DNA of 60,421 bases, the filler included, from Stramenopiles sp. TOSAG23-2 (taxonomy: Eukaryota): the NCBI GenBank assembly GCA_900128395.1. It is 5 parts of 5 records of this genome, joined end to end, with 100 filler letters (N's around TTAATTAATTAA, not from the genome) between each part and the next. Parts side by side here need not be neighbours in the genome. Positions count along the whole stretch, not along the records: positions 36,418 to 48,377 come from LT649886.1; 4 more parts are not named here. The stretch is one strand, 5' to 3'. Below the pieces are notes generated by a model. That model was not told the DNA's origin. It saw only the letters and a program-made list of their open reading frames with translations, and did no database searches. Made by a program: the position numbers and the translations under genes. Position 1 is the first letter of the stretch. Each line of letters opens with the position of its first letter. Shown in pieces: positions 36,318-46,175 of the stretch.

Positions 36318-36417
36318 NNNNNNNNNNNNNNNNNNNNNNNNNNNNNNNNNNNNNNNNNNNNTTAATTAATTAANNNNNNNNNNNNNNNNNNNNNNNNNNN
36401 NNNNNNNNNNNNNNNNN
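36318..36417. other. Artificial contig-joining spacer
   Basis: N44-TTAATTAATTAA-N44. Confidence 0.98.
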
Positions 36418-36496
36418 TATTATTCTTGCGATTGAGTATTGAGCATATTACTTTAACACGAGAAGTGTAAAAATATTATAACTTAGATTTTAACCA
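36418..36496. repeat. ~80-bp dispersed repeat, copy A (opposite orientation to copies B-D)
   Basis: tattattcttgcgattgagtattgagcatattact...aacttagattttaacca is the reverse complement of 44148-44228 and 51143-51224. Confidence 0.9.
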
Positions 36497-36640
36497 ATAT
36501 TATCTAGATAGTCTTTAAAATATTTTATTTAATTAGCTTAATGCATAATTTATTTTAGTCTTTAAAATATATTATATTTTTAAAAATGCACACATTTTTT
36601 TTTACGAACACACACACAAATCTCCTTCCCAAATTTTAAA

Positions 36641-39019
36641 TCACACCCAAGATGCTTTAAAAAAATGTTCATCCGCCCAATATCTTCTACGTCGTTTATG
36701 TGGGATAAAAGTATGTGTTTTTTCTTGAGTGAAAAAATCTTTCCATTTTCGTGAATCTACACAACATCTACTGCATATACTACGTTTTTCATGATTAAAT
36801 GCTTTACAGAAATTACATTGCCATGAATGATCAGGAAATTTATAATCGTGTTTTTTATTGATGTATGCAGGTAATTTTTTACCAATTGATGGTGGATCAA
36901 TTGAAGGTGGTGGTGCAAAATTATCTAATAATCTAATTGTCTTCAAATTTTGAGCGTTTGCCATCGTATTTATCGCCATCAGCTCATCTGCCCCACGCTT
37001 TTTACGAGGCCGTCCAACAGGATTTTTCTTATTTGTAACTAGATTTCCACCTACAGGATTTTTACGAGGCCGTCCAACAGGATTTTTCTTCTTCTTTTCG
37101 CCATGTTTTCCCCCTTTTATTTCACCTTTGTCATTGTTATTATTATAAATACTTCCAGTATTACCATAAGAAGCATTATCCATACTAACTTTAGAAAGTT
37201 GAATCGAGTTTTCTAAATCATAAATTTCTTCAACAACTCCATCTTCATGATATACAACAGTATGAATATTATCACGCGGTCGAAAGTATCCAACACGTGC
37301 TTTACTCCATCTTTTTTCATATGGCAACCAAATCTCAACATCTTTTCCCGTCAATTTGGATGATCTTTTTTTATGTGTATGTTTTTTACAAAACGCAGCT
37401 AATTGAATTTTCTCTGAATTTTGACCACTTAAACGTTCTATACACATGTAAAATCCTTCTTTTTTTCCACAACTTGGATGGAATTTAAATTTACATGAAG
37501 GGATACTGCAATGAACAACTGCGCCATCTTTTTGACCACACACATCACAAAATTCTTCAAATAAATTGTTAGGTATTCTATCCAAAGATCCTTTTCTATG
37601 ATTATTTTTATCAATGGAACAAATAGGCTCCATTTTCTTATTATCTAAAAATCCAGCCTCGGGAATCCATAAAGCACAAAATGAATGTGCCCAGCGTCCA
37701 TCACTAGTCCGTCGCATTGCACCAAAATTTCCTCCATTGGGGCAAAAAATACACTTTGGGGGTTCCTGAAAGCCAGCATTGCATGTGTCACAATACCATT
37801 TATCAGGAGGTATTTTTGGAATATTATAACAGGATTGGTGAACACCAATATTACAACGATCACAAAAGATTATTTGATCAATAGCATTAGCATCGTCAAA
37901 ACATATTGTACATAAATCTGGTGAAAATTTTCCAAAATCTTCAATTGGTGCTTGTATTTTTTGTCGTGGCTTTGCACGTATAGGTTTAGGATCTTGTTTT
38001 TTCAATTTATAACTGCATGTTTTTTCATGTTCCGCTACCACATTGTATGTTCCAATAAAACCACAACGATAATCACATCCATATGTTTTTGGCTCATTAC
38101 GGCGGGGGGGCTCTTTATCATCATTTTGTCTAATTTCATCAGTTGTTGTTGATGTCAAATCCACAACAATATCATTGTTATCTAATAATGGTATTATATT
38201 ATTATTATTATCGACAGTGTTATCGTTATTATTTATATTATTATTAGTAGTAGTATGATTGTTGTTGTTGTTGTTGCTGTTATTCATTTGACAAGCATTA
38301 CAATGCCATATTAAAGGTGGATCAAGTTCAGATACAAAACCAACACAACAACCATGAAACCAATTTTGACACGTATCACATTGAACAGAGAAATGAAATC
38401 CATCCATAAATGGTGCGCCATTTCTTAAATAACACATATCTGTACACTGAACACCGTCATCTTCATAATAAATTTCATCTAAATTTATAAAATGGTCATT
38501 CGTATCATGTTGGTCGCGATTCACAACAGTTTCTTCACGTAAGAAATTCATACTTTCATCCAATACTCGATTGTTATTTAAATATTTTGTACAATTATCA
38601 TGACTATTAAATACTTGAAGCTTTGTGAAACGAGCTTTACATAGTGGACATGTATTTGTTACATCACTCCATGCTTTAATGCAAGAAATATGATATATAT
38701 GCTTACAATTATCCAACACGGCAAGTCCATCGTCATTTAATTTGTTTGTATCATCTTGCATATCATTAAGACATATTGGGCATGGTTCTTTTTCATCTAT
38801 TTCATATGGTGTTGGTTGTTTATTATTATTAATATCCTCACTATTATCAATAACCTTAGTGTTATTATTATCAATATCCTCAGTGTTATTATTATCAATA
38901 TCCTCAGTGTTATTATTATCAATATCCTTATTGTTATTATTATCAATATCCTCAGTGTTATTATTATCAATATCCTTAGTGTTATTATTATTCTGTTTTA
39001 TAACTCCTTGTTCCATCAT
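36641..39019 (-). CDS. Multi-zinc-finger chromatin protein: RING + PHD + PZP (PHD-Zn knuckle-ePHD) + Tudor-like + 2 AT-hooks + RanBP2-type finger
   Basis: Likely ATG at 39019. CPIC..CKHIYHISC..CPLC; QCDTCQNWFHGCC..WHCNAC; CTIC..FCDRCNIGVHQSCY..WYCDTC; CIFCP..GAMRRT..WAHSFCALWIPE; GRPRK x2; WQCNFCKAFN..CSRC. Confidence 0.88.
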   Translation of the reverse strand: MMEQGVIKQNNNNTKDIDNNNTEDIDNNNNKDIDNNNTEDIDNNNTEDIDNNNTKVIDNSEDINNNKQPTPYEIDEKEPCPICLNDMQDDTNKLNDDGLAVLDNCKHIYHISCIKAWSDVTNTCPLCKARFTKLQVFNSHDNCTKYLNNNRVLDESMNFLREETVVNRDQHDTNDHFINLDEIYYEDDGVQCTDMCYLRNGAPFMDGFHFSVQCDTCQNWFHGCCVGFVSELDPPLIWHCNACQMNNSNNNNNNHTTTNNNINNNDNTVDNNNNIIPLLDNNDIVVDLTSTTTDEIRQNDDKEPPRRNEPKTYGCDYRCGFIGTYNVVAEHEKTCSYKLKKQDPKPIRAKPRQKIQAPIEDFGKFSPDLCTICFDDANAIDQIIFCDRCNIGVHQSCYNIPKIPPDKWYCDTCNAGFQEPPKCIFCPNGGNFGAMRRTSDGRWAHSFCALWIPEAGFLDNKKMEPICSIDKNNHRKGSLDRIPNNLFEEFCDVCGQKDGAVVHCSIPSCKFKFHPSCGKKEGFYMCIERLSGQNSEKIQLAAFCKKHTHKKRSSKLTGKDVEIWLPYEKRWSKARVGYFRPRDNIHTVVYHEDGVVEEIYDLENSIQLSKVSMDNASYGNTGSIYNNNNDKGEIKGGKHGEKKKKNPVGRPRKNPVGGNLVTNKKNPVGRPRKKRGADELMAINTMANAQNLKTIRLLDNFAPPPSIDPPSIGKKLPAYINKKHDYKFPDHSWQCNFCKAFNHEKRSICSRCCVDSRKWKDFFTQEKTHTFIPHKRRRRYWADEHFFKASWV
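38842..38991. repeat. Coding 24-bp tandem repeat (DIDNNNTE-type) in the N-terminus of the RING/PHD gene
   Basis: Repeated ttatcaatatcctcagtgttatta units, about 6 copies. Confidence 0.85.
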
Positions 39020-40001
39020 CCTATTATTATAATTTATAATATATTTATCTTGTATATATATATATATACACTTTATTATGATTATGAAACGGCAGAAGAA
39101 AAAATCAACAAATAACAAGAGATGTAAAATAACAAGCACTCAAAAAAACAATTTCAAACAAGTAGTATTAAATGAAACATGTATGTTGAAACGGGAGAGT
39201 TGATCATTCATTCATCTACTAAAGTATTATATATATAATTTATTATGTATCTTTTTTTTTCGCAAATAATAATTAAAATCGCGCGCAGCACCGCAATCAT
39301 CCAGGGCACCAGGCCCAGCAGGCCCAGCAGGCCAGCAGGCAATCATCATCCCAGTAAATTCGGCACGGGTAATGGTATGTCCATCGTAACCCCAAAAAAA
39401 TATTCACAGTTTTGGGATTTTTTCACGCTAGGCTGACACAGCACCGTCTTAAGATTTTCATTTTGCGGGAAAAATTCCTCCACGAATTTTTATCGCCAAC
39501 CCTACCCTCCAACCACGCCCCTTAAACACCTCTCGAGACCCCAAATCATTTTCGGATAACGCCTGCTGTGTGGTGCTAATGACTTGCCGTCTAAGATTTT
39601 TGGGAACGTCAATTATATAAGGATGCTATTTCGATTGGGCGGGAATGGAACACGAAAATGAAAGCTTTGGGAATCGTTACTGCCTACTTCAATATAGAAA
39701 AAATACAAACGGCGAATGGAATTCACCATTAATAACAGCCTGTTAATGAGTAGAACCAGAAAAACGCATTTTTAGAGAGCGTTAAATGATATTTCTATAG
39801 TACAAAACAATCGCACGGGGATGGCGAATAAGTAAAAAATATACGGGGAATAAAATAAAACCAATACAAATGTATAAACAACGATTGATGTTATATTATT
39901 TACATACACAAACGCACAACAAATACAAAGACCGAACACAAACTGTATTATTAACCAAACCACCAAGCCAACGAACAAACACCTGTTTAACAAATAGAAA
40001 C

Positions 40002-43000
40002 ATGATTATCTTTTGCCCAAAGCACAACCATAAGCCTTTCCCACCACCGGAAGACACCACACATACAGACGAAGTCTGGATCGGATCACGATCCAGTCGT
40101 ATCTCTACTATTGTAGCAAACATCGATGGAACCATCTATTTATACTTTCATGAAGCACCGCAAGCATTGAACAAAGTGCTACGCGATGTGTACACATCCA
40201 AACTGTCTGCTCGTTTATCCGAACTGGAGAAGGACCAAGAAAAACATGCTATCAAACTGATTCGGGCGGCCAATGCTACGATCAAGGATCCGTTGATCCC
40301 AAGAAGTGTATCGGTATATGAATTGAAACGAGTGCAAGAAACCTTCGCCAAGTACGATGCCTTATACAAATCAAAACAAACAGTCACCTCCTATTCCAAA
40401 ACGCAGGTGAAGAACGCATTAAAGGCGTACGCAGAAGAGAAAACCAAGCAAGAGGTTGGTGCACAACATACCTTGGAGAAAACCAAAAAGCAATTGTTGG
40501 TAAAATTGAAACAATACAAGGGCTTATCGACTGCAAAAAACGATGATACCTTGTGGAAACGCGAAGGCATCTATCACATTGATGAACAAGAGCGTTGCAA
40601 CCTTCTTAAATCTGCGTTTGATTTACCGCAAGAAAACAAACCAAAAAAGCCTAAGCTAGAATCGTGGATGCGTAAAATGGTGAAACATTGCGCAGACTAT
40701 TACGAATCCCATTATTTGAAGGCCGCGGATAAAGCAGTTGTGCGAATCGCAGAAACATGCGCATCCATTGTTCGCGGTTCGAAAAAGTCAATCACCGCCG
40801 AAGGAATTCTACGCAGTGCTGGATACGACAGCAACGGGAACGTCAAACTAATTAAAAAATACGGTTTAACCAGAGCGGAGGGCTCTGGTACATTGAAAAA
40901 TAATGTAGCTGCGCTACGAAAATGTTTCTACATCATTAATATGGCTGCTTTGAAGCAAAGCCTGTCCATCAAAAGCCATCCCATCCGTGTATTAGACGGA
41001 ATCCATCAAAGTCTCAAAGGACTGTCGGTAGTCGGCAACGGAAAAGAAGAAATCGATTTGGGTATATCCAACAAGGACAAAAAAGAATTTGCTCAGCAGA
41101 TGGTCCGTTGGGTGAAAGACCAACATGTTATCAACGATTTTGAAACCTTGCAACAAGCATTACTAGCACGTGGCATCACCTTTGACCAAGAAAAAGAACG
41201 CAAAACACAGCGAACCAACAATGTCGACAAAATAAAAAGAGACATGTTGACGCTAACATTCTGGTATCCATTGTACCCACTGGCAAAGATGCGAAACCGT
41301 ATCGCTGGTAAAAACATTGGTTCAAGCATCGATGCCTTGATACAAACCTTGGTAACCAACACCAACAGTGAGATGTATACCAAGTTTTATTGTTGCACCA
41401 TCGCACAGGCCAAAATTGTTGCTGACACAAAAAAAGAAAGCAAAAGCAACAAAAATCCAATGGTGTATGGCCTTCCAGATGTCTCGAAATTGGAGCTCTT
41501 GTTTGCATTTACCTCGCATGTACAAACACATGCACCCGCGATGGCATTTGCACGACTCGCCGTCACCTTATGGCAATCCTACATGTTCAAAGAAACCAGC
41601 GTACGGGCTGCTACATGTATGGTGATACGTCTTCAATCGTTGGCCGATTACAACCAGTGGGCAAATCTATGTAAACATTATACAGAGCCCAACCTAGGCA
41701 TTGATTGCATTGTGTATGGCAACGACAAAGTGCAAGTGAAAAAGCTGGAATCAAAAGATATCTTGCAACGTATGCCGCCGGTCAGTCAAGTGTACGGAGA
41801 TGCCAACAAAGATTTTATCAAAACCTACTTTCGCAAAGAACACCCGGTCTTCTTTCAATTCTTTGACATGGCCAAAAAAGCTTATGAGATATTGACTGGC
41901 AACGATACCATCACAGCAACTTCCACGGAGCGCAGAGAATACATCTCTGGTTACCAACAAGGCGGTGGGTACAAACAAATCAAATTGAATGTCTTTCCAC
42001 ACACGGATACGCCCACCTATGCACAAGCTTCGCCATGGTACATGTACGCAGCATCCGAAGTGGGTCAGCATTCAACCTTTGAGCTATCCCCCATCGAGCG
42101 AGGCAATCTCTTCAAGAAGGTGCCAGTCAAAGGTGGAAACAAGACAAAACAACGGTTCAAGTCCATGTTAACCCGCACGGAAAAAGTGGTTAGCGGGTCG
42201 GTGAAAACCACCAAACTGGCTTACTGTACGGCCCCGCCAGTAGCGATGCAAACATTGACCACACGTCATGTCAACGATTCTAGCTTTGGTTCTCACCTGC
42301 AAAAGAAACATGCAACTGTATTGCGTCAAAGCATGAGTGGGTCCAGCGTAACCATGACTCGCAGCGAATGGTGCATTGACAACGATGTAGAGATTACTTT
42401 TGATGTTCAATCCTTGATTGGAACACCAAGAGTATTTGGTGGGACATGGACCCAGGCACATTTGGATTCCTTGCGAATCACCACGGCGTACCAATCGCAC
42501 CCAGAAAGTTTGGGTCGCTACATGTCTGGTCAAGATGCATTGGCCTGTGAAAAATTTGACGCCGAATTCAATATTTTATCGCATGAAAAAACCCTTGCAT
42601 ACAACACAATGCGCGTCGCCAACCAAGAAAAAAGCAATGGCCATACCAAGCATATCATGGAAAAACATTATGATATTTACACCGACGACGAGTTGAAAAA
42701 ATGCTCTCGTTTTGGCAACGACAAAGCCACCATCATTGATAGAGGGTCAGCGTTACCTTATTGGGTTCCCTCCAGGAGCATAGAGGGGTTGGAATTGGTA
42801 TACACGGGTGAACGCACTTCCATGCCCGCGATTACTCCAATTGAAGAGAAATGGGGACACGTGAACACATTGACCCTTCAACAAGAGTGTGCCATCAAAA
42901 CCATGATAAAGCGATTTGTGTGTGAGATTGTGGCTCGTAAAGACCACGGAATCAAAAACTGGCGTGCGGATTTAAAAGACGGTCATGGTGTCCATACTGC

Positions 43001-43208
43001 CTTGGCCAACCATTTCAATGACGTGGAGCATATTCAAGAGAAAATGCTACAAGAATGGATTCGCAAACACCCAAAAGAGTTTCAACAACGATTTGGAATT
43101 GCGGAACGTATTGTGCATTGGTGGCGTACATGTTGCTGCTTCCACCGAAAACGAAAACGAACAAGCAGCAAGTTTACACCGTACAAAAAACAAAAACAAC
43201 CCGAGTAA
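40002..43208 (+). CDS. Large orphan protein with a putative divergent tyrosine recombinase catalytic domain
   Basis: Likely ATG at 40002 (MIIFCPKH). ETSVR (R codon 41604), HLDSLR (R codon 42474), NGHTKHIMEKHY (H 42642, Y 42669; H-to-Y spacing of 9). C-terminal basic NLS-like RKRKR. Confidence 0.55.
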   Translation: MIIFCPKHNHKPFPPPEDTTHTDEVWIGSRSSRISTIVANIDGTIYLYFHEAPQALNKVLRDVYTSKLSARLSELEKDQEKHAIKLIRAANATIKDPLIPRSVSVYELKRVQETFAKYDALYKSKQTVTSYSKTQVKNALKAYAEEKTKQEVGAQHTLEKTKKQLLVKLKQYKGLSTAKNDDTLWKREGIYHIDEQERCNLLKSAFDLPQENKPKKPKLESWMRKMVKHCADYYESHYLKAADKAVVRIAETCASIVRGSKKSITAEGILRSAGYDSNGNVKLIKKYGLTRAEGSGTLKNNVAALRKCFYIINMAALKQSLSIKSHPIRVLDGIHQSLKGLSVVGNGKEEIDLGISNKDKKEFAQQMVRWVKDQHVINDFETLQQALLARGITFDQEKERKTQRTNNVDKIKRDMLTLTFWYPLYPLAKMRNRIAGKNIGSSIDALIQTLVTNTNSEMYTKFYCCTIAQAKIVADTKKESKSNKNPMVYGLPDVSKLELLFAFTSHVQTHAPAMAFARLAVTLWQSYMFKETSVRAATCMVIRLQSLADYNQWANLCKHYTEPNLGIDCIVYGNDKVQVKKLESKDILQRMPPVSQVYGDANKDFIKTYFRKEHPVFFQFFDMAKKAYEILTGNDTITATSTERREYISGYQQGGGYKQIKLNVFPHTDTPTYAQASPWYMYAASEVGQHSTFELSPIERGNLFKKVPVKGGNKTKQRFKSMLTRTEKVVSGSVKTTKLAYCTAPPVAMQTLTTRHVNDSSFGSHLQKKHATVLRQSMSGSSVTMTRSEWCIDNDVEITFDVQSLIGTPRVFGGTWTQAHLDSLRITTAYQSHPESLGRYMSGQDALACEKFDAEFNILSHEKTLAYNTMRVANQEKSNGHTKHIMEKHYDIYTDDELKKCSRFGNDKATIIDRGSALPYWVPSRSIEGLELVYTGERTSMPAITPIEEKWGHVNTLTLQQECAIKTMIKRFVCEIVARKDHGIKNWRADLKDGHGVHTALANHFNDVEHIQEKMLQEWIRKHPKEFQQRFGIAERIVHWWRTCCCFHRKRKRTSSKFTPYKKQKQPE

Positions 43209-43369
43209 AAAAGCTTCCTATAAATGTATACCGGTATTACGTAATGAATGTATTACATGCTATTGTACACGGGCAGTATATTCCTACTGCTCCTATTTAT
43301 TTCCATCTGACATGCCGCCTACCATTTAACAACACTATCATCCTTATCAAAAACCTACAATTTAAAGGG

Positions 43370-43555
43370 ATGCAATCACGATTATTGTTTCAACAACTTG
43401 AAACCGATTCCCACGTGATTGTTGAACACAACCTTAATAAAGTATACCTAGCCACTTCCAATTTTACAAAAAGCGCGACATTTATCCTACTGGACGCAAA
43501 ACGACTCACTCCAGAAGAGTTACCAACGCTAGCGTATCCCCCCTTACGGACATAA
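43370..43555 (+). CDS. Small hypothetical ORF in the element (MQSRLLFQQLE...)
   Basis: ATG-initiated 61-aa 3' part of ORF 43055..43555; element-like composition. Confidence 0.3.
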   Translation: MQSRLLFQQLETDSHVIVEHNLNKVYLATSNFTKSATFILLDAKRLTPEELPTLAYPPLRT

Positions 43556-43585
43556 GCGCTTTCTTCTTGGCGAGCAGAACTGTAC

Positions 43586-43825
43586 CTATAACATTCTGCT
43601 CACAAAAAACAAAACAGGTTCACTATAGAGTTGTAAAACGAAGTGAACCGCTGATCGAAAGGTAGGGTCGGCAATATCAAACCGTATCCAATGATGATAA
43701 CATCTTTCTTGGTTAATATATATTGCCCTCGTTTCGTTCACTTGTGGGGACAACGCATTATATGCAAAATGTTCCTTGGCACGGTTCACGCTTGTATTTG
43801 TGTAACATGGTTGTTGTTGGTCCAA
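43586..43825 (-). CDS. Small hypothetical ORF, possibly 5'-truncated by the adjacent AT-rich cassette
   Basis: 79-aa ORF with a TTG start that abuts the (TTTA)n tract. Confidence 0.3.
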   Translation of the reverse strand: MDQQQPCYTNTSVNRAKEHFAYNALSPQVNETRAIYINQERCYHHWIRFDIADPTFRSAVHFVLQLYSEPVLFFVSRML

Positions 43826-43905
43826 TGTATGTATTTATTTTTAATTTTATTTATTTATTTATTTTATTTATTTATTTTTATATTTCAAGATTCAAGTTTT
43901 GGTTA

Positions 43906-44088
43906 TTAGAGTGTTTGCGCGTCTAATGGTGGATGCCTGCTAGAAATCCTAAATTATTTTTAGAAAATATTAGCAGGGCGATACCACAAGACGCGCAAAG
44001 GGTCTAAGACAATTTGGATTGCTAAAGTGTCTTAGAGCATTTGCTCGTCTATTAGCAGGTGATTACCACAAGACGAGCAAAGTGTCTA
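43906..44088. repeat. Hairpin repeat cluster: full unit 43906-44007 plus an internally deleted unit 44032-44088
   Basis: Stems tttgcgcgtct/agacgcgcaaa, tggt/acca, cctgcta/tagcagg, ctaaa/tttag; second unit tttgctcgtct/agacgagcaaa. Confidence 0.85.
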
Positions 44089-44147
44089 TGTTTGGCAATC
44101 AAAAATGTATTCGAGTATATGGAAAGCATTTTAAGATAAAAATAAAT

Positions 44148-44228
44148 GATGGTTAAAATCTAAGTTATAATAATTTTACTTCCCGTGCTAAGTAATATGC
44201 TCAATACTCAATCGCAAGAATAATATTC
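44148..44228. mobile_element. 81-bp SINE-like dispersed repeat, copy B, with a 16-bp target-site duplication
   Basis: Flanked by identical taagataaaaataaat at 44132-44147 and 44229-44244. Confidence 0.75.
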
Positions 44229-44661
44229 TAAGATAAAAATAAATAAAATATTTATTGAAGTGCATCATTAATAAAATTGCTGATCCAAATCAGCGACATG
44301 GTGGTGGACAACCGGTGACAAACATGACATTGGAAATTTTACATGAGGATTAAAGTGAATTTTAAAATAGCAGTGTGATAGATATAAATATTTCCTTGAA
44401 ACAAATTATTAAAAAGATGTTAGTGATTTTTTATAAAATAACAGCTGTCCGGACCCACCATATCATAATATAAAAGTTCTTTTACTCATATATTTTATAA
44501 TTTTATTCATATGATATAAATGATGTATATGATATATTTTATTCATATGATATATATAACATATTACATACGCATAAAACATAAGCAAAAGATTTGATAT
44601 TTGAATTATTAGTACTCGTAAATTATATAATAATAATACGATATATGAATGAAATTTTCGA

Positions 44662-45900
44662 TTATTGCGCAGTTAATGCAACCATTGTTGATAGAACCAA
44701 AATGGCAATATTCGAAGACGAAGTTAATATGCCACTGCTTGTGTCTAATTCATCATCTGTGGTAGTATTACCAGTTGCACTAGTAGTTGCTGCCAAAGTT
44801 GTCGTTGCTGCCAAAGTTGTCGTTACTGCCGAAGTTGTCGTTGGACTTGCTGTTGTTGTTGGGGCTACATAGCATATTCCTTTTCCATCCGTACAGCAAT
44901 TTGACTCCAAAACTGACATCACTTGTTTTTGACCTGTAGTTAGACCTGCACAAGTTATACTAGTCCAATTGACGCTTGTTAAATCAGGATTAGTGCTAAC
45001 TTGTACATCGCAGGCAGCAGCGCCATTCGGAGATGTAAATATTGCCGCACCATTGTAATTACTTGGATTAAGACATGTCTTGGAATAATCAAAGCACAGA
45101 TCTCTTCCATCCGTACAGCAATTTGACTTAAAATAAGTTGAAATCGCGTTTTTTTCAGCTATAGTTAGACCTGCACAAGTTATACTGTTCCAACTGACAT
45201 TCGCTAATTGAGGCGAATTACTAGCGTGTACATCACAGGAAGCAGTGCCACCCGGAGATGTAAATATTGCTGAACCGTTGTAACTACTTGGATTAATACA
45301 CATCTTGGAATAATCTACCCCATGGCACAAATCTTTTCCATCCATGCAACAACCTGCACCAATATTTCTGTTTGAAAGGTCTTGCTTTTGCGAATAACTA
45401 AGGTCTGCGCAGGTTAATGTTGCAAAATTTAGTCCAGAAAACATATGTGGAATCGCGCCCAGGCAAGCCACATTATTCGACGAACCCACAAGAATACTAG
45501 AACCATTAAATTGAGATGGATCTTTACAAATTCGAGAAGCATTTTCGTAGCAGATACTTTTCCCATTGCAGCAGCCAGTTTGAAATGGTTCTTCAAGCAA
45601 TTTAAATCTTTGGTCTTGTGTAAAACTATTGGAAGAACATGAGGTAACGCCTGTCCAATTTTTATAACTTGGTGATGTAGTATTTTCATAATCACTAAAC
45701 ACTTTCACAACACCATCAATACTTACTCCAGATAAATATTGGTCACACGTAACAGTATTTCCATATATATTTATGGTTGCAGACCCTGAATAATCACTTG
45801 GATTTAAGCAACTTTTTGATCTGTCTTGAGCAACGGAAGTTGACATTGTTAAAGTGATAACAACCAGTGCTAATATTGTTGTAGTTCGTAAAAAATACAT
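44662..45900 (-). CDS. Cys-rich repeat cell-surface protein (signal peptide, four ~74-aa repeats, Thr-rich stalk, GPI-like C-terminus)
   Basis: N-terminal TTTILALVVITLTMSTSVA; repeats C.NPS.Y.G.A...CD...TC..L...QK...CC.DG..(I/L)C; 222-bp nucleotide period (ttccatccgtacagcaatttgact at 44883 and 45105); hydrophobic tail IAILVLSTMVALTAQ. Confidence 0.85.
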   Translation of the reverse strand: MYFLRTTTILALVVITLTMSTSVAQDRSKSCLNPSDYSGSATINIYGNTVTCDQYLSGVSIDGVVKVFSDYENTTSPSYKNWTGVTSCSSNSFTQDQRFKLLEEPFQTGCCNGKSICYENASRICKDPSQFNGSSILVGSSNNVACLGAIPHMFSGLNFATLTCADLSYSQKQDLSNRNIGAGCCMDGKDLCHGVDYSKMCINPSSYNGSAIFTSPGGTASCDVHASNSPQLANVSWNSITCAGLTIAEKNAISTYFKSNCCTDGRDLCFDYSKTCLNPSNYNGAAIFTSPNGAAACDVQVSTNPDLTSVNWTSITCAGLTTGQKQVMSVLESNCCTDGKGICYVAPTTTASPTTTSAVTTTLAATTTLAATTSATGNTTTDDELDTSSGILTSSSNIAILVLSTMVALTAQ

Positions 45901-46175
45901 GTTTTATAAATAGGTTAACAATTCGAAAAGGAAAAAATATATAGAATATTTGTTTTTGTTTTTTGTTGTGATATTAGAATGCAATTGGTAAAACCGGAAT
46001 GGTTTAATACTTAATTATTTTTATTTGGCACTTTACATTTGATGATAAAAGGTAAAATCCGCTCAAAAATGGATGGACATTCAACGGGATTTTGAGATTA
46101 GTGGTATACCAATGCTATTTTTAGGAGGGTGCCAGAGAATAATAATTAACAGATAGGATCATTTTATTGGATGTG

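Noticed and set aside
38842-38991. 24-bp periodic array as a non-coding repeat system
   Set aside because: It is an in-frame coding minisatellite of the RING/PHD protein.
43906-44088. Possible CRISPR-like array
   Set aside because: Only 2-3 units in alternating orientation, with no unique regular spacers and no cas genes.
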